Shown: piece after piece, positions 29,409-38,720 of the stretch
Numbering within the stretch: the stretch's first letter is position 1
How the letters are laid out: every line of letters begins with the position of its first letter
Program-made: the position numbers and the translations under genes
Origin: Verrucomicrobiota bacterium
GTDB taxonomy: Bacteria; Verrucomicrobiota; Verrucomicrobiia; Limisphaerales; CANJSG01
DNA: 49,521 nucleotides
Assembly: GCA_038209745.1 (NCBI GenBank)
Contig: JBBQXJ010000032.1
Span: forward strand, 1 to 49,521
Reading direction: 5' to 3'
The notes under the pieces: model-generated
Seen by the model: only the letters and a program-made list of their open reading frames with translations
Told to the model about the DNA's origin: nothing
Databases searched by the model: none

Positions 29409-32400
29409 TCAACCGAAGTCGTGGGAGCCGGGACTGGCCAGACGTTCCGTGGCGAAGCGTTCGATCTTGCGGGCCTTCACGTGGATCGTGCCCTGCCGTT
29501 TCTGCGCGATGCCTTCGATGATGAGGAACGGTTCGCTGGTGATCTTCAGCCGTTCACGCTCGAACAGCTCGGGTGCGACGATGGCGTTGGCGATGCCGGT
29601 CTCGTCTTCGAGGCTGACAAAGCAGACGCCCTTGGCCGTGCCGGGTCGTTGGCGGCAGATGACCTGGCCGGCGATGCGGATCCAGGCGCCGTCCTTCAGT
29701 TCGACGAGATCCGCCGCGCGCCAAACCCCGGGCAAGGACGCGCGGAAGAGCGCCATGGGATGCGGCCCGGTGGTGAGGCGCAGACCGGAGTAGTCGGCTT
29801 CCAGCCGCTCCATGGGATCCATCGCGGCGAGCGGCGTTTCCTGGGAGGCTTCGGTGAAGAGGTCGCCGTCGTGGCGGGTGCGCTCCACGTTCCAGAGCGC
29901 GGCGCGGCGATGCTCCGACACTTGGTTGAGGGCGCCGATTTCGGCGAGGGTGCGGAGTTCGTCCTTGGTCAGGGGCGTGCGGGCTTTGAGATCGTCGAGC
30001 GAGGTGAAGGGGCTTTGCGCGCGTTGAACGAGGAGCTTCTCGGCATGGCCCGCTTGGACGCCCTGGACCTGGCGGAGACCGAGGCGGATCGAGCCGTCGG
30101 CTTCGATCCGGCTTTCCCAGTTCGAGCGCACCACGCAGACGGGGCGGATCTGGACGCCGTGGCGTTTGGCGTCCTTGACCAGCGTGGCGGCGGAGTAGAA
30201 GCCCATCGGCTGGTTGTTCAACAGCGCGGTGAAGAACTCCGGCGCGCGGTGGACCTTCAGGTAGGCGCTGGCGTAGGCGAGCAGGGCGAAGCTGATGGCG
30301 TGGGATTCCGGAAAGCCATAGAGCGCGAAGGAGCCCACGGCCTTGGCGATGCGGTCGACGACGCCGGGCTGCACGCCCTTGCGGGCCATGGCGGCGCGCA
30401 GCTTGGCGGTGGCTTTGACCATCTTTTCCCCGGAGCGATGAAAGCTGAGCGCCTTGCGGAGCTCCTCCGCCTCGTCGCCGGTGAAGTCGGCCATGACCAT
30501 GGCGATCTCCAGCATCTGTTCCTGGAAGAGCGGCACGCCGAGCGTGCGTTCCAGCACGTGGACAATCCGGTCGTCGAAGTAGGCGATCTCCTCTTCGCCG
30601 ACGCGGCGGCGAAGATACGGATGGGCCAAGTCGCCTTGAATGGGGCCCGGCCGGATCAAGGCCACTTCCACCACGAGATCGTAGAAGCACGTCGGCTTCA
30701 TCCGGGGCAACGTCGCCATCTGGGCGCGGCTCTCGATCTGGAAGACGCCGATGGTGTCGGCCCGCTGCATCAGGGCGTAGGTCTCGGGATCGTTCTCGGG
30801 AAGTTTGGCCAGATCGACCGGGCGGCCGCGTTCGGTCGTCAGGGTGATGCAGTCCTGGAGCACGGACATCATGCCGAGACCGAGCAGGTCCACCTTGATG
30901 ATGCCGAGGTCTTCGCAGTCGTCCTTGTCCCACTGCGCGACGACCCGGCCGGGCATGGCGGCGTTCTCCAACGGCACGATGGAGCTGAGTTCGCCCTGGC
31001 AGATGATCATGCCGCCGGAGTGTTGGCCGAGATGGCGGGGGAGCCGCTTCATCTCCTGGTACAGCGTGGCGAAAGCCGAGGCCCGCGGATGGGAGCGCGG
31101 CAGTCCCGCCGTCTCCATCTGGGCGAGCAGATCGAGGGTGTGGGGAAAGTCGCCGTTGGCGAAGAGGCTGGAGAAGCGGTCCAGCACGTCGGCGGGGAGG
31201 TTGAGCGTCTTGCCCAGTTCGCGCGCCACGCTGCGGCCGCGATAGGTGATGACGGTGCCGGTCATGGCGGCTCCGTGTTGGCCGTAGCGTTGGTAGACCT
31301 CCTGGATGACGCGCTCCCGGCGGTCGCCGCTCGGCAGGTCGATGTCGATGTCCGGCCAACCCTTGCGGCCTTCGGAGAGGAACCGTTCGAAGAGCACGTT
31401 GAACTTCACCGGATCGACGGCCGTGATCCCGAGGCAGAAACACACCGCGCTGTTGGCCGCGCTGCCGCGTCCCTGCGCGAGGATGTCGTGCTCGCGGCAA
31501 TAACGGACGAGATCGGCGACGATGAGGAAATAGCCGGCGAACCCGAGCTTGCCGATGAGGGCGAGCTCCTTTTCCAGGAGCGCCCGCACCTTCTCCGGAA
31601 TCTCCGCGCCGTAGCGGATCTTGGCGCCGCGCCGGGTCCACTCGCGCAGGACGCCCTCCATCGATTCGCCCGGACCGACGGGATACTTGGGGAATTCGTA
31701 GCCGAGATTCGCCAGCGAGAAGTCCAGTCGTTCGGCCAGGCGGGCGGTGTTCGTGATCGCTTCGGGCAGGTCGGCGAAGAGGCGCGCCATCTCGGCGGGC
31801 GACTTGAGATGCGCCTCCTCGTTCACGCTGAGCAACGTGCCGGCGGCGTCGAGATGCGTGTGGTGGCGGAGGCAGGTGAAGACGTCCAAGACCGCGCGGC
31901 CGTGGGGCTGGGCGTGGGTCACGCCGTTGGTGGCGAGCAGCGGCAGCCGCTGTTCCCGCGCCAAATCCACGAGCCAACGATTGAGGCGGTCTTCGCCCCG
32001 GACGCGATGGCGCTGGAGTTCCACGAAGACATTCTCGGGGCCGAAGGCGCGGGTGATGCGGCGCAGCTGCCCGGGTGCGTCGACGGCCGGGGTCTTGGCG
32101 GCGAGCGAACGGAGCAGCGGTCCTTCGCTGTCGCCGGTCAACGCGATCAAGCCTTCGGCAAACTCCGGCAATTCTTCCCAGCGGATGACGCCCTCGTTCT
32201 TCGGAGCGCGCAGATGGGCGCGAGACAGCAGGCGACAGAGATTGCGGTAGCCGGTGCGGGAGGCGACGAGCACGGGCAGCACGCCGCCATCTTCCAGGGC
32301 CAGTTCCGAGCCGATGAGGGGACGGATGCCCGCTTCCTGGGCCGTGCCGAAGACGCGCGGTGCGCCGTAGAGGCCCATGCGGTCGCAGACGGCCAAAGCC

Positions 32401-32504
32401 GGCAGTCCGCGCTCCGCCGCCGTGCGGGTGAGCTGCTCCGGCAAGGACGCGCCGCGCAGGAAGCTGAAGGCGCTGCGGGCATGGAGCTCGACGTAGTCGC
32501 TCAT
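29409..32504 (-). CDS. dnaE2: Error-prone DNA polymerase DnaE2 (ImuC)
   Basis: ELHARSAFSFLRGAS, GRGSAANS, PDIDID, HLGQHSGG, C-terminal SHDF; third gene of the cassette. Confidence 0.95.
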   Translation of the reverse strand: MSDYVELHARSAFSFLRGASLPEQLTRTAAERGLPALAVCDRMGLYGAPRVFGTAQEAGIRPLIGSELALEDGGVLPVLVASRTGYRNLCRLLSRAHLRAPKNEGVIRWEELPEFAEGLIALTGDSEGPLLRSLAAKTPAVDAPGQLRRITRAFGPENVFVELQRHRVRGEDRLNRWLVDLAREQRLPLLATNGVTHAQPHGRAVLDVFTCLRHHTHLDAAGTLLSVNEEAHLKSPAEMARLFADLPEAITNTARLAERLDFSLANLGYEFPKYPVGPGESMEGVLREWTRRGAKIRYGAEIPEKVRALLEKELALIGKLGFAGYFLIVADLVRYCREHDILAQGRGSAANSAVCFCLGITAVDPVKFNVLFERFLSEGRKGWPDIDIDLPSGDRRERVIQEVYQRYGQHGAAMTGTVITYRGRSVARELGKTLNLPADVLDRFSSLFANGDFPHTLDLLAQMETAGLPRSHPRASAFATLYQEMKRLPRHLGQHSGGMIICQGELSSIVPLENAAMPGRVVAQWDKDDCEDLGIIKVDLLGLGMMSVLQDCITLTTERGRPVDLAKLPENDPETYALMQRADTIGVFQIESRAQMATLPRMKPTCFYDLVVEVALIRPGPIQGDLAHPYLRRRVGEEEIAYFDDRIVHVLERTLGVPLFQEQMLEIAMVMADFTGDEAEELRKALSFHRSGEKMVKATAKLRAAMARKGVQPGVVDRIAKAVGSFALYGFPESHAISFALLAYASAYLKVHRAPEFFTALLNNQPMGFYSAATLVKDAKRHGVQIRPVCVVRSNWESRIEADGSIRLGLRQVQGVQAGHAEKLLVQRAQSPFTSLDDLKARTPLTKDELRTLAEIGALNQVSEHRRAALWNVERTRHDGDLFTEASQETPLAAMDPMERLEADYSGLRLTTGPHPMALFRASLPGVWRAADLVELKDGAWIRIAGQVICRQRPGTAKGVCFVSLEDETGIANAIVAPELFERERLKITSEPFLIIEGIAQKRQGTIHVKARKIERFATERLASPGSHDFG

Positions 32505-32508
32505 GGCC

Positions 32509-33978
32509 TCAGTCCAATACGCCTTCCACGCTCCACCCTCCGGGTTGGCGGACGAGGCGCAGGGTTTTGCCGTGGAGGGTGGCGGCGTCCCATTCCTCAC
32601 GCTGCCAGGCGTCGGGTTCCCACCATTTGCCGGAGGTGCGCCATGGGCCGACGACCAGTTGCAATCGCCCGTGGGCCACGGCGCAGCGGATGGCGATCGG
32701 CGGCTCCGCGCCTTCCACCGTGGCCGGGACGGCGGGGCGCAATCGTCGCATAGCGGGTGCCTGGAGCGGCGGGCGCGGACCGTTCACGGTGGGCGCGTTC
32801 TCGAAGTCCGGCGGCACCAGCCGGAAGGCGTCCGGCCGATGCGAGGCCTCGCGCACCGGGGTGCCGACGCGCTCCGCGCCGAGCAGCGCGCTGAGCCGGG
32901 CGAGGGTTTCCTGGAACTGGTGCGGATCGCGCAGGGCCGCTTCGAAGAGACCGAACTGCTTCTGCGTGGGCTGCGTGGTTTCGAGGGCGAGCGCGACGTG
33001 GGCGATGGGCGAATCGGTCCGGAGCGTCTCCAGATGCGTCATCAGCATCCGGTGGAGGATGTCGGTGTTGCGCGTCGGCTGCGGCACCCGGAGGCGGCGT
33101 TCCAGCTGCGCGCCGGATTCGAGCCGGATCCGCAGCACGAGCAGTTCGGCCACCAGACCGGTGATCTCCAGTCGCGGCGCCAGTTGATCGACGAAGCGGC
33201 GCAGGAGGAAGAGCAGCGGCTCGGTCGTCTCCACGGGTTCTTCGAAGTCGAACGATTCGGCGTAGGTCTCGGCCGGCTGCACCAGACGGAGCGGGCGGAT
33301 GGCATCCACGGCGGCGGCGGCGAAGAGGGCCAAGGCTTCCAGCCCCAGCCGGTCGGCCAGGGCTTCCTGGCCGAGGGCCAGCAGTTCGCCGACGGTGCGG
33401 ACGCCCCATTTGCGCAGGATCTCGGCGACGTCGCTCGACGGCTCCAGCGCGGCCACGGGCAACCCGTCGAGGAACGGCCGGGGGTCCGTCACCAGCCGCA
33501 AGCCGTCCGACCAACAGGCGGCGTGGCGCGCGACGGTGGGCGTGGCGGCGAGGCCGATGGAGGCGCGCAGACCCTGGGTGGCGAGGGCGGTGCGGAGTTC
33601 GCCGGCCCACGCGAGCAGCTTGGCCGGTTCATGGCCGCTGATCCGGCTCAGGCCGCGCAGATCCAGCGTGGTGACCCCGGGCGCGGTCGCCTCGATGTGG
33701 GGCGAGAATCCGTAGACGCATTGCACGACCGCCGCCTGGGCGGCGAGCTCCTGCGCGGGCAGGCGATGGCGCACCAGGACGTGGCCGCAGCGGGCGAGCG
33801 CCTGCGTGGGGGTGAGGCCCGGGGCCACGCCCGCTTCCCGCGCCGGAGCCGTGGCGTCGCAGATGATCGGCGTGGTGCGGGCGGGATCGACCAGCGCGAC
33901 GGCCTTCGCCCACAGCTCCGGCTCGTGGCGGAGCGCCGCCTGCAGCGGGAACTGGGGGAGATGGACGACGGCGAACAT
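32509..33978 (-). CDS. imuB: ImuB (inactive Y-family polymerase)
   Basis: AREAGV.PG....A, FSPHIE, LPVAAL, GVRTVGEL, QFGLF clamp motif, GPWRTSG.WW. Confidence 0.9.
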   Translation of the reverse strand: MFAVVHLPQFPLQAALRHEPELWAKAVALVDPARTTPIICDATAPAREAGVAPGLTPTQALARCGHVLVRHRLPAQELAAQAAVVQCVYGFSPHIEATAPGVTTLDLRGLSRISGHEPAKLLAWAGELRTALATQGLRASIGLAATPTVARHAACWSDGLRLVTDPRPFLDGLPVAALEPSSDVAEILRKWGVRTVGELLALGQEALADRLGLEALALFAAAAVDAIRPLRLVQPAETYAESFDFEEPVETTEPLLFLLRRFVDQLAPRLEITGLVAELLVLRIRLESGAQLERRLRVPQPTRNTDILHRMLMTHLETLRTDSPIAHVALALETTQPTQKQFGLFEAALRDPHQFQETLARLSALLGAERVGTPVREASHRPDAFRLVPPDFENAPTVNGPRPPLQAPAMRRLRPAVPATVEGAEPPIAIRCAVAHGRLQLVVGPWRTSGKWWEPDAWQREEWDAATLHGKTLRLVRQPGGWSVEGVLD

Positions 33979-33981
33979 GGT

Positions 33982-34656
33982 TCAACCGACGGCTTGTTCC
34001 CGGTCGGCCGAGGCCTGGGACCGGAGCAGGGTGAAATCCAGCGCGTTGAGCAGCTCGCCCGGTGATCGGGCCAAAGCTTCCAATCCGAGACGCGCCGCCA
34101 CTTGCACGCGCGCCGCCACGCTGGTGACGATGGGCTGTGGCGTGACCACGAGCACGGTCGTGCCGTTCTGTTCGAGCAGCCGCCCGAAGCGATGCCAGAC
34201 CGTGCTCTGGATCCGGCGGAGTTCGGCGGCGGGATTGAGCTTCAGGTCGAGGACGACCAGCGGGAAGTTCCGGTCGCGCAGCAGGAGATCGGCGGCCTTC
34301 AGGGCTTCATCGGCCCGGGCGCAACGGACCCAGAGCAGATGGGCCAAGACGTCGGGCTCCACCGCGTCCGCGTCGAAGCTGTCCGCGCCGTCCACCAGGG
34401 CCAGGAACCGCCCGTCCGCCGCCACTTGGCGCAGCAACGCATGCAGCACCTGGGCGCTGCCGGAGCCGTCGCCCGAGCCGACCAGTTCGGTGACGGCGCC
34501 CTTGGCCAGCCCGCCGCCCAGCGTGCGGTCGAGGGCGTCGACCCCGGTGGGCTGGAGATCTTCGGCCGGCGCGGCCGGGGCCAGACCGAAGCGGGCATGG
34601 GGCAGCTTTTCGGCGAGGAACCGTCGGAGTTCGATGATCTTGCTGGTCGCCTGCAT
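33982..34656 (-). CDS. imuA: ImuA / RecA-like protein
   Basis: PTGVDALDRTLGGGL..GAVTEL.G; ALVDG.DSFD; LLWVRC; first gene of the cassette. Confidence 0.85.
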   Translation of the reverse strand: MQATSKIIELRRFLAEKLPHARFGLAPAAPAEDLQPTGVDALDRTLGGGLAKGAVTELVGSGDGSGSAQVLHALLRQVAADGRFLALVDGADSFDADAVEPDVLAHLLWVRCARADEALKAADLLLRDRNFPLVVLDLKLNPAAELRRIQSTVWHRFGRLLEQNGTTVLVVTPQPIVTSVAARVQVAARLGLEALARSPGELLNALDFTLLRSQASADREQAVG

Positions 34657-34833
34657 CACGTCTGCCGGAGTGGGCCGGGGAGGCAGAATACGATCCTGCG
34701 CCACAGTTCAAACCCCATTCTCGGATGGAGGAGGATGCCGTGGCTGATCAGACAACGGCGGTCCGGGCAGAAGGAACTCGGTGACGAAGCGGATCGAAAT
34801 GCGGACGACGCCCGGAGAGACGGAGCGGCGGCC

Positions 34834-37230
34834 CTACTTCTCGACCGCACGGTAGAACCGTATGGGCTGGGCGATTGTGTTCGTGTCGTCGGTCACGACA
34901 AAGCCGTTGGTGACGGAAAAGGGGGCGGTCAGCGACTGCCAGTTCGTGTCGCTGCCGGCGGGAAGCGTGTCGCGCCACTGGATCTCCAGCTTGGTCAGAT
35001 CCAACGGCAATCCGCCATCCTCTCCCCGGAGGCGGAGGCGGGAAGCCCCGTTCGTTTGAAGTTCGGGAGGCTGGAGAATGGACGGCGCGACGGCGCGGAC
35101 CAGCGCATGCAGCCGCACCGAATTTCCCACGGCGTTGCTGACCATGACCGAGTAGTATCCGCTGTTGGTCCGCACGACCGAGTCGATGACGAGCGAGGTG
35201 TCGGTCTCTCCCGTCATCGGTGTCTCCTCGAAGAACCACTGGAACCAATACGGACCGGGATCGGCGGGTCCGACGTTCAACGTGACGGGAGTTCCGGGCG
35301 GCACTCCCTGGCTTTGAGGCAGGACGGGGACCGCGAAAGGAACGCCCTTGCGGACGACGGCGCTGGCCGAGTCGGCCAGATAGATGTTGCCGGCCGGATC
35401 CACCGTGATGCCGCACCGGCTGTTGCCGAGGAGGACGGAGGTTCCGGAGCCTTCCTGGTTGCCGGAAACTCCCGGCGTCCCTGCCAGAGAAGTGACGAGA
35501 CCGTCGGGTGAAAGCCGCTTCAGAACGTGGCTCCCGTCTCGGAAATAATAGTTTCCGGACCGGTCCGTTGCCCCGCCATAGGACGAGGCCGTGGTGCTGG
35601 CCAGTTTGGTGAACACCCCGTTTGCGCTGAACGCCTTTATGTTGCCGTAATTCTCCTCGGTGATGAAGCCGCCGCCCGAACTATCCAGCGCGATGCCGGT
35701 GGGGGAGGTGATCTTGCTCTTGTTCACGCCCAGCGTGGTCACCACTCCGTCCGGGCTGATTTTCCGGATGAGGCTGTTGCCCCACTCGGCCACGAACACA
35801 TAACCGTCTGCGTCCACGCTCAGGGCGGTCGGCTGTTTGAACAGCGCGCCGCTGTTCGTTCCGTCGGTCGATCCAAACACCTCTGGACGACCCGCCAACG
35901 TGGTGACGGTTCCGTCCGGCGTGATCTTCCGGATGGTGTAGTTGAAATTGTCCGCCACATACAGGTTGTCGGCGCTGTCGATGGCCAGCCCCTCGGGACC
36001 ATAGAAGCGCGCCTCGGCCCCCACGCCGTCGTTGGTGCCGTGAACCATCGCGGCACCGGCGAAGGTCGTCACGGTTCCGTCCGGGCTGATCTTGCGGATG
36101 TAGTGGGCGTAGAATTCCGAGACGAAGAGGTTTCCGGCGCGGTCGCGGGCGATGCCGGTCGGGGAATAGAGGTGGGCGCCGGTGCCTACGCCGTCGTTGG
36201 TCCCATATTGGCCGAGAACCCCGGCGACGGTCCCAAACGTGTAAGGAGCGATCACCTTCAACTGGGCGCCGGCGCTCGTGGCCGAGCCGAGTCCGTTGCT
36301 GACGACCACGCGGTAGGCCGCTTGATCCACGGGCTGGATGTTGGTGAGCGTGAGGCTTGAGTTCGTCGCATCGGCGATCGAAGCCCCCTCCTTTTGCCAC
36401 TGGTAGACGAGGGCCGATCCGATCGCGGAAACGGAGAATGTGGCGCTGTAGCCGGCGGCGACCACGGCGTTCTGGGGTTGGTTGGTGATTCCGGCGAAGC
36501 CTACTTCGAGGGACGCCACGGTGCTGGTGACGCTTCCCGAGGTGTTGCCGACGACGACCCGGTAGAGACCCGCATCGGTGTTCGCGGCGTTGCCCATGGC
36601 AAGAGTCGCCGTGGTCGCCCCTGGCAGGTCGGTGCCGTCCTTCTGCCATTGGTAGGTAAAAAGAGGAGGGCCGAACACCCCGACCTTGAACGTGAGACTG
36701 GCTCCGGGAAGGACGATCCGACTCTGGGGCTGATTCGTGATCAACGGCAGCACCGGGCCTTGGTGCAGAGTCAGGAGAATGTCCCCGTAGGCGTTCTGGT
36801 ATCCGTCCACGGCGATGTGGTAGGCGGTGCCGGAGGTGGCCGTGAAGGTCAGCCGACTGGTTCGATCCGGCGCTGCGTCGTCGTTCTTGCCGACGGAAAC
36901 GAGGCTCGAAACGGAATCGCCCCGGTAGACCGCCAACTGCGTATCGAAGGTGCTGCCCTCGGTGTCCACCGTAACCACGTCATCGGCGGACGCCGTCCAA
37001 GTCCACCAGACCGACCGGCTTCCCCGATTGAGGCCGTGCGGCGGTTCGCCGTTCTCCAGAGAGGCCCGCTCGTTGTTGCCTTGGGCGGAGACCGCGTCTC
37101 CGGAAAGAACGAAGGCGTTTGTGAAGCTGTCGTTCGCGGGAGGCGTTTGGCCCGTGACCACCGGGAGAAACAGGAGGAATTGGACGAGAAGAAACCATCG
37201 CAAAAAAGCCCGTAGCGGACTGCGGCGCAT
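34834..37230 (-). CDS. Secreted protein with PPC-like, Ig and NHL-repeat domains
   Basis: Signal peptide; PPANDSF..A, SVWWTW, GSTFDT; ITNQP...YQWQK Ig domains; DG.G..A.F..P.G.A.D..GN.YVAD NHL repeats. Confidence 0.88.
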   Translation of the reverse strand: MRRSPLRAFLRWFLLVQFLLFLPVVTGQTPPANDSFTNAFVLSGDAVSAQGNNERASLENGEPPHGLNRGSRSVWWTWTASADDVVTVDTEGSTFDTQLAVYRGDSVSSLVSVGKNDDAAPDRTSRLTFTATSGTAYHIAVDGYQNAYGDILLTLHQGPVLPLITNQPQSRIVLPGASLTFKVGVFGPPLFTYQWQKDGTDLPGATTATLAMGNAANTDAGLYRVVVGNTSGSVTSTVASLEVGFAGITNQPQNAVVAAGYSATFSVSAIGSALVYQWQKEGASIADATNSSLTLTNIQPVDQAAYRVVVSNGLGSATSAGAQLKVIAPYTFGTVAGVLGQYGTNDGVGTGAHLYSPTGIARDRAGNLFVSEFYAHYIRKISPDGTVTTFAGAAMVHGTNDGVGAEARFYGPEGLAIDSADNLYVADNFNYTIRKITPDGTVTTLAGRPEVFGSTDGTNSGALFKQPTALSVDADGYVFVAEWGNSLIRKISPDGVVTTLGVNKSKITSPTGIALDSSGGGFITEENYGNIKAFSANGVFTKLASTTASSYGGATDRSGNYYFRDGSHVLKRLSPDGLVTSLAGTPGVSGNQEGSGTSVLLGNSRCGITVDPAGNIYLADSASAVVRKGVPFAVPVLPQSQGVPPGTPVTLNVGPADPGPYWFQWFFEETPMTGETDTSLVIDSVVRTNSGYYSVMVSNAVGNSVRLHALVRAVAPSILQPPELQTNGASRLRLRGEDGGLPLDLTKLEIQWRDTLPAGSDTNWQSLTAPFSVTNGFVVTDDTNTIAQPIRFYRAVEK

Positions 37231-37521
37231 GGCATCGTCCTTGGCACGGATGGGAGGCATTGCAGGACAGTGTCGGCGGGCAACAGGAAAGCAATCCCAC
37301 ATGCGGAGGACGACGCCCGTCGTCCAGGCTCAGTGGAACTGGAGCTCCAGCGGGACCAGACCGGGATCGAGGGACCGGACTTCGACGTTGGCGATCCCTT
37401 CGCGGGAACGTTCCTCGGCGCGGAGGTTCAAGACCTTGGCCGGGCCGTGGTAGACCCGGATGGATGCCTGGACGGAGATGCGTCGATCGAACTGGATGAA
37501 ACGCCTCAATGCTTCCGGAGC

Positions 37522-37686
37522 CGGAACGAGGCAGAGGAAATGAATTGGGATCGCAGCCGCCCCGGCTGCCGTCCGGCGCGCCCCGCGCCGGACACGGGTC
37601 CGGAGACACCAGGCGGTGAATCGTTTTCGGCGCCTCCAGTGGACCGCGAGGGCGCGGTCCACTGCGCCCGGGGCGGGCGCGCTCCC
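37522..37686 (-). repeat. Dispersed repeat family A (MITE/REPIN-like), longest copy
   Basis: Imperfect inverted ends GGGAGCGCGCCCGCCCCGG / CCGGGGCGGCTGCGATCCC; internal hairpin AGTGGACCGCG-CCCT-CGCGGTCCACT. Confidence 0.85.
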
Positions 37687-37726
37687 ACAATCCATACCGC
37701 AGCGTTCCGGCTGAGCCGGTTCATCT

Positions 37727-38677
37727 TCACGCGCTCAACCGCAGCTTCTTCCAGGTGTCGAGGCAGCGCTGGGCGGTGTCGAATTCCGGAAAGCGGCTGC
37801 CTTCCTGTTCGATGAGATAGAACTCCGCGCCGCCGACCGCTTCGGCCGTGGCGATGAGTTCCTTCCACGGGCTGACACCCTCGGCGAAGAGGACGCGGTA
37901 GCCCTTCTCGTCCTTCGGATCGCCGGGCGCCCAGTCCTTCAGATGAAGGCTCTTGATCCGGCCGGGATTGGCCTTGATCCATGCGATCGGATCGGCGCCG
38001 GCTTCCATGCAGGTGCCCACGTCGAACTGGAGCACGAACTCCTTCGGCGTGTTCGCGGCGATCACGTCCATGACGCGCGGTCCACCGTCGATCCTGGCCC
38101 ACTCGGTCTGGTGATTGTGGAAACCGGCGGTCAAGCCATGGGGCAGGAGCTGGTCGACGGCGGTGGTGAGCCGGCCACCGAGGCGCTTCCAATCGTCCTC
38201 GGTCTTGGTGCCGCCGGGCGCGGACGAGAGTATGACCTGGCGGGCGCCAAGAATCTGGTTGAGCTCGATGGCCTTCCCCATTTTGTCGTCGCCCGGGTTG
38301 AACGACTCGATGTGGTTGTGCGTCGAGTAGCAGCGCAGACCGACGTCGTCCATCAGGCTCTTGATCTGCTTGGCGACGGGGGGCGTCCAGTCGAAGTAGG
38401 GCGCGTAGAACTCGACCACTTCGTAGCCGATCTTGGCCACCTCGCGCAGGGTGTTGAACGGGCTCCGCATCAGCTCGCCCCGGACCGAATAGAGTTCGAG
38501 GCCGATGGCGCGTTTCTTCATCGCCGGAGCCTTGTCCGGAGCGTCGGCGGCGGAAGCGGAGGACGTCAGTCCCGGCGTGATCAGCGACTGCGCCGCCAAG
38601 ACGACGGGCACCGCACCCGAGAGCGCGAGGAAGCTGCGACGGGAGAGGGAGCGACGGGAAGTGGACTCGGTGGGCAT
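37727..38677 (-). CDS. Tat-exported sugar phosphate isomerase/epimerase (TIM barrel)
   Basis: SRRSFL Tat motif; IGLELYSVR, GFHNH..E, DVG, LHLKD, IEQE. Confidence 0.88.
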   Translation of the reverse strand: MPTESTSRRSLSRRSFLALSGAVPVVLAAQSLITPGLTSSASAADAPDKAPAMKKRAIGLELYSVRGELMRSPFNTLREVAKIGYEVVEFYAPYFDWTPPVAKQIKSLMDDVGLRCYSTHNHIESFNPGDDKMGKAIELNQILGARQVILSSAPGGTKTEDDWKRLGGRLTTAVDQLLPHGLTAGFHNHQTEWARIDGGPRVMDVIAANTPKEFVLQFDVGTCMEAGADPIAWIKANPGRIKSLHLKDWAPGDPKDEKGYRVLFAEGVSPWKELIATAEAVGGAEFYLIEQEGSRFPEFDTAQRCLDTWKKLRLSA

Positions 38678-38720
38678 GATAGGAAGGTAAGTGAGGTGTG
38701 AGGGTCGAGACAACGTTGGG

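Noticed and set aside
29382..32753. 1123-aa plus-strand ORF and other long antisense ORFs (e.g. 7506-9881, 45481-47355, 22223-23902)
   Set aside because: Shadow ORFs of high-GC genes on the opposite strand; no protein motifs
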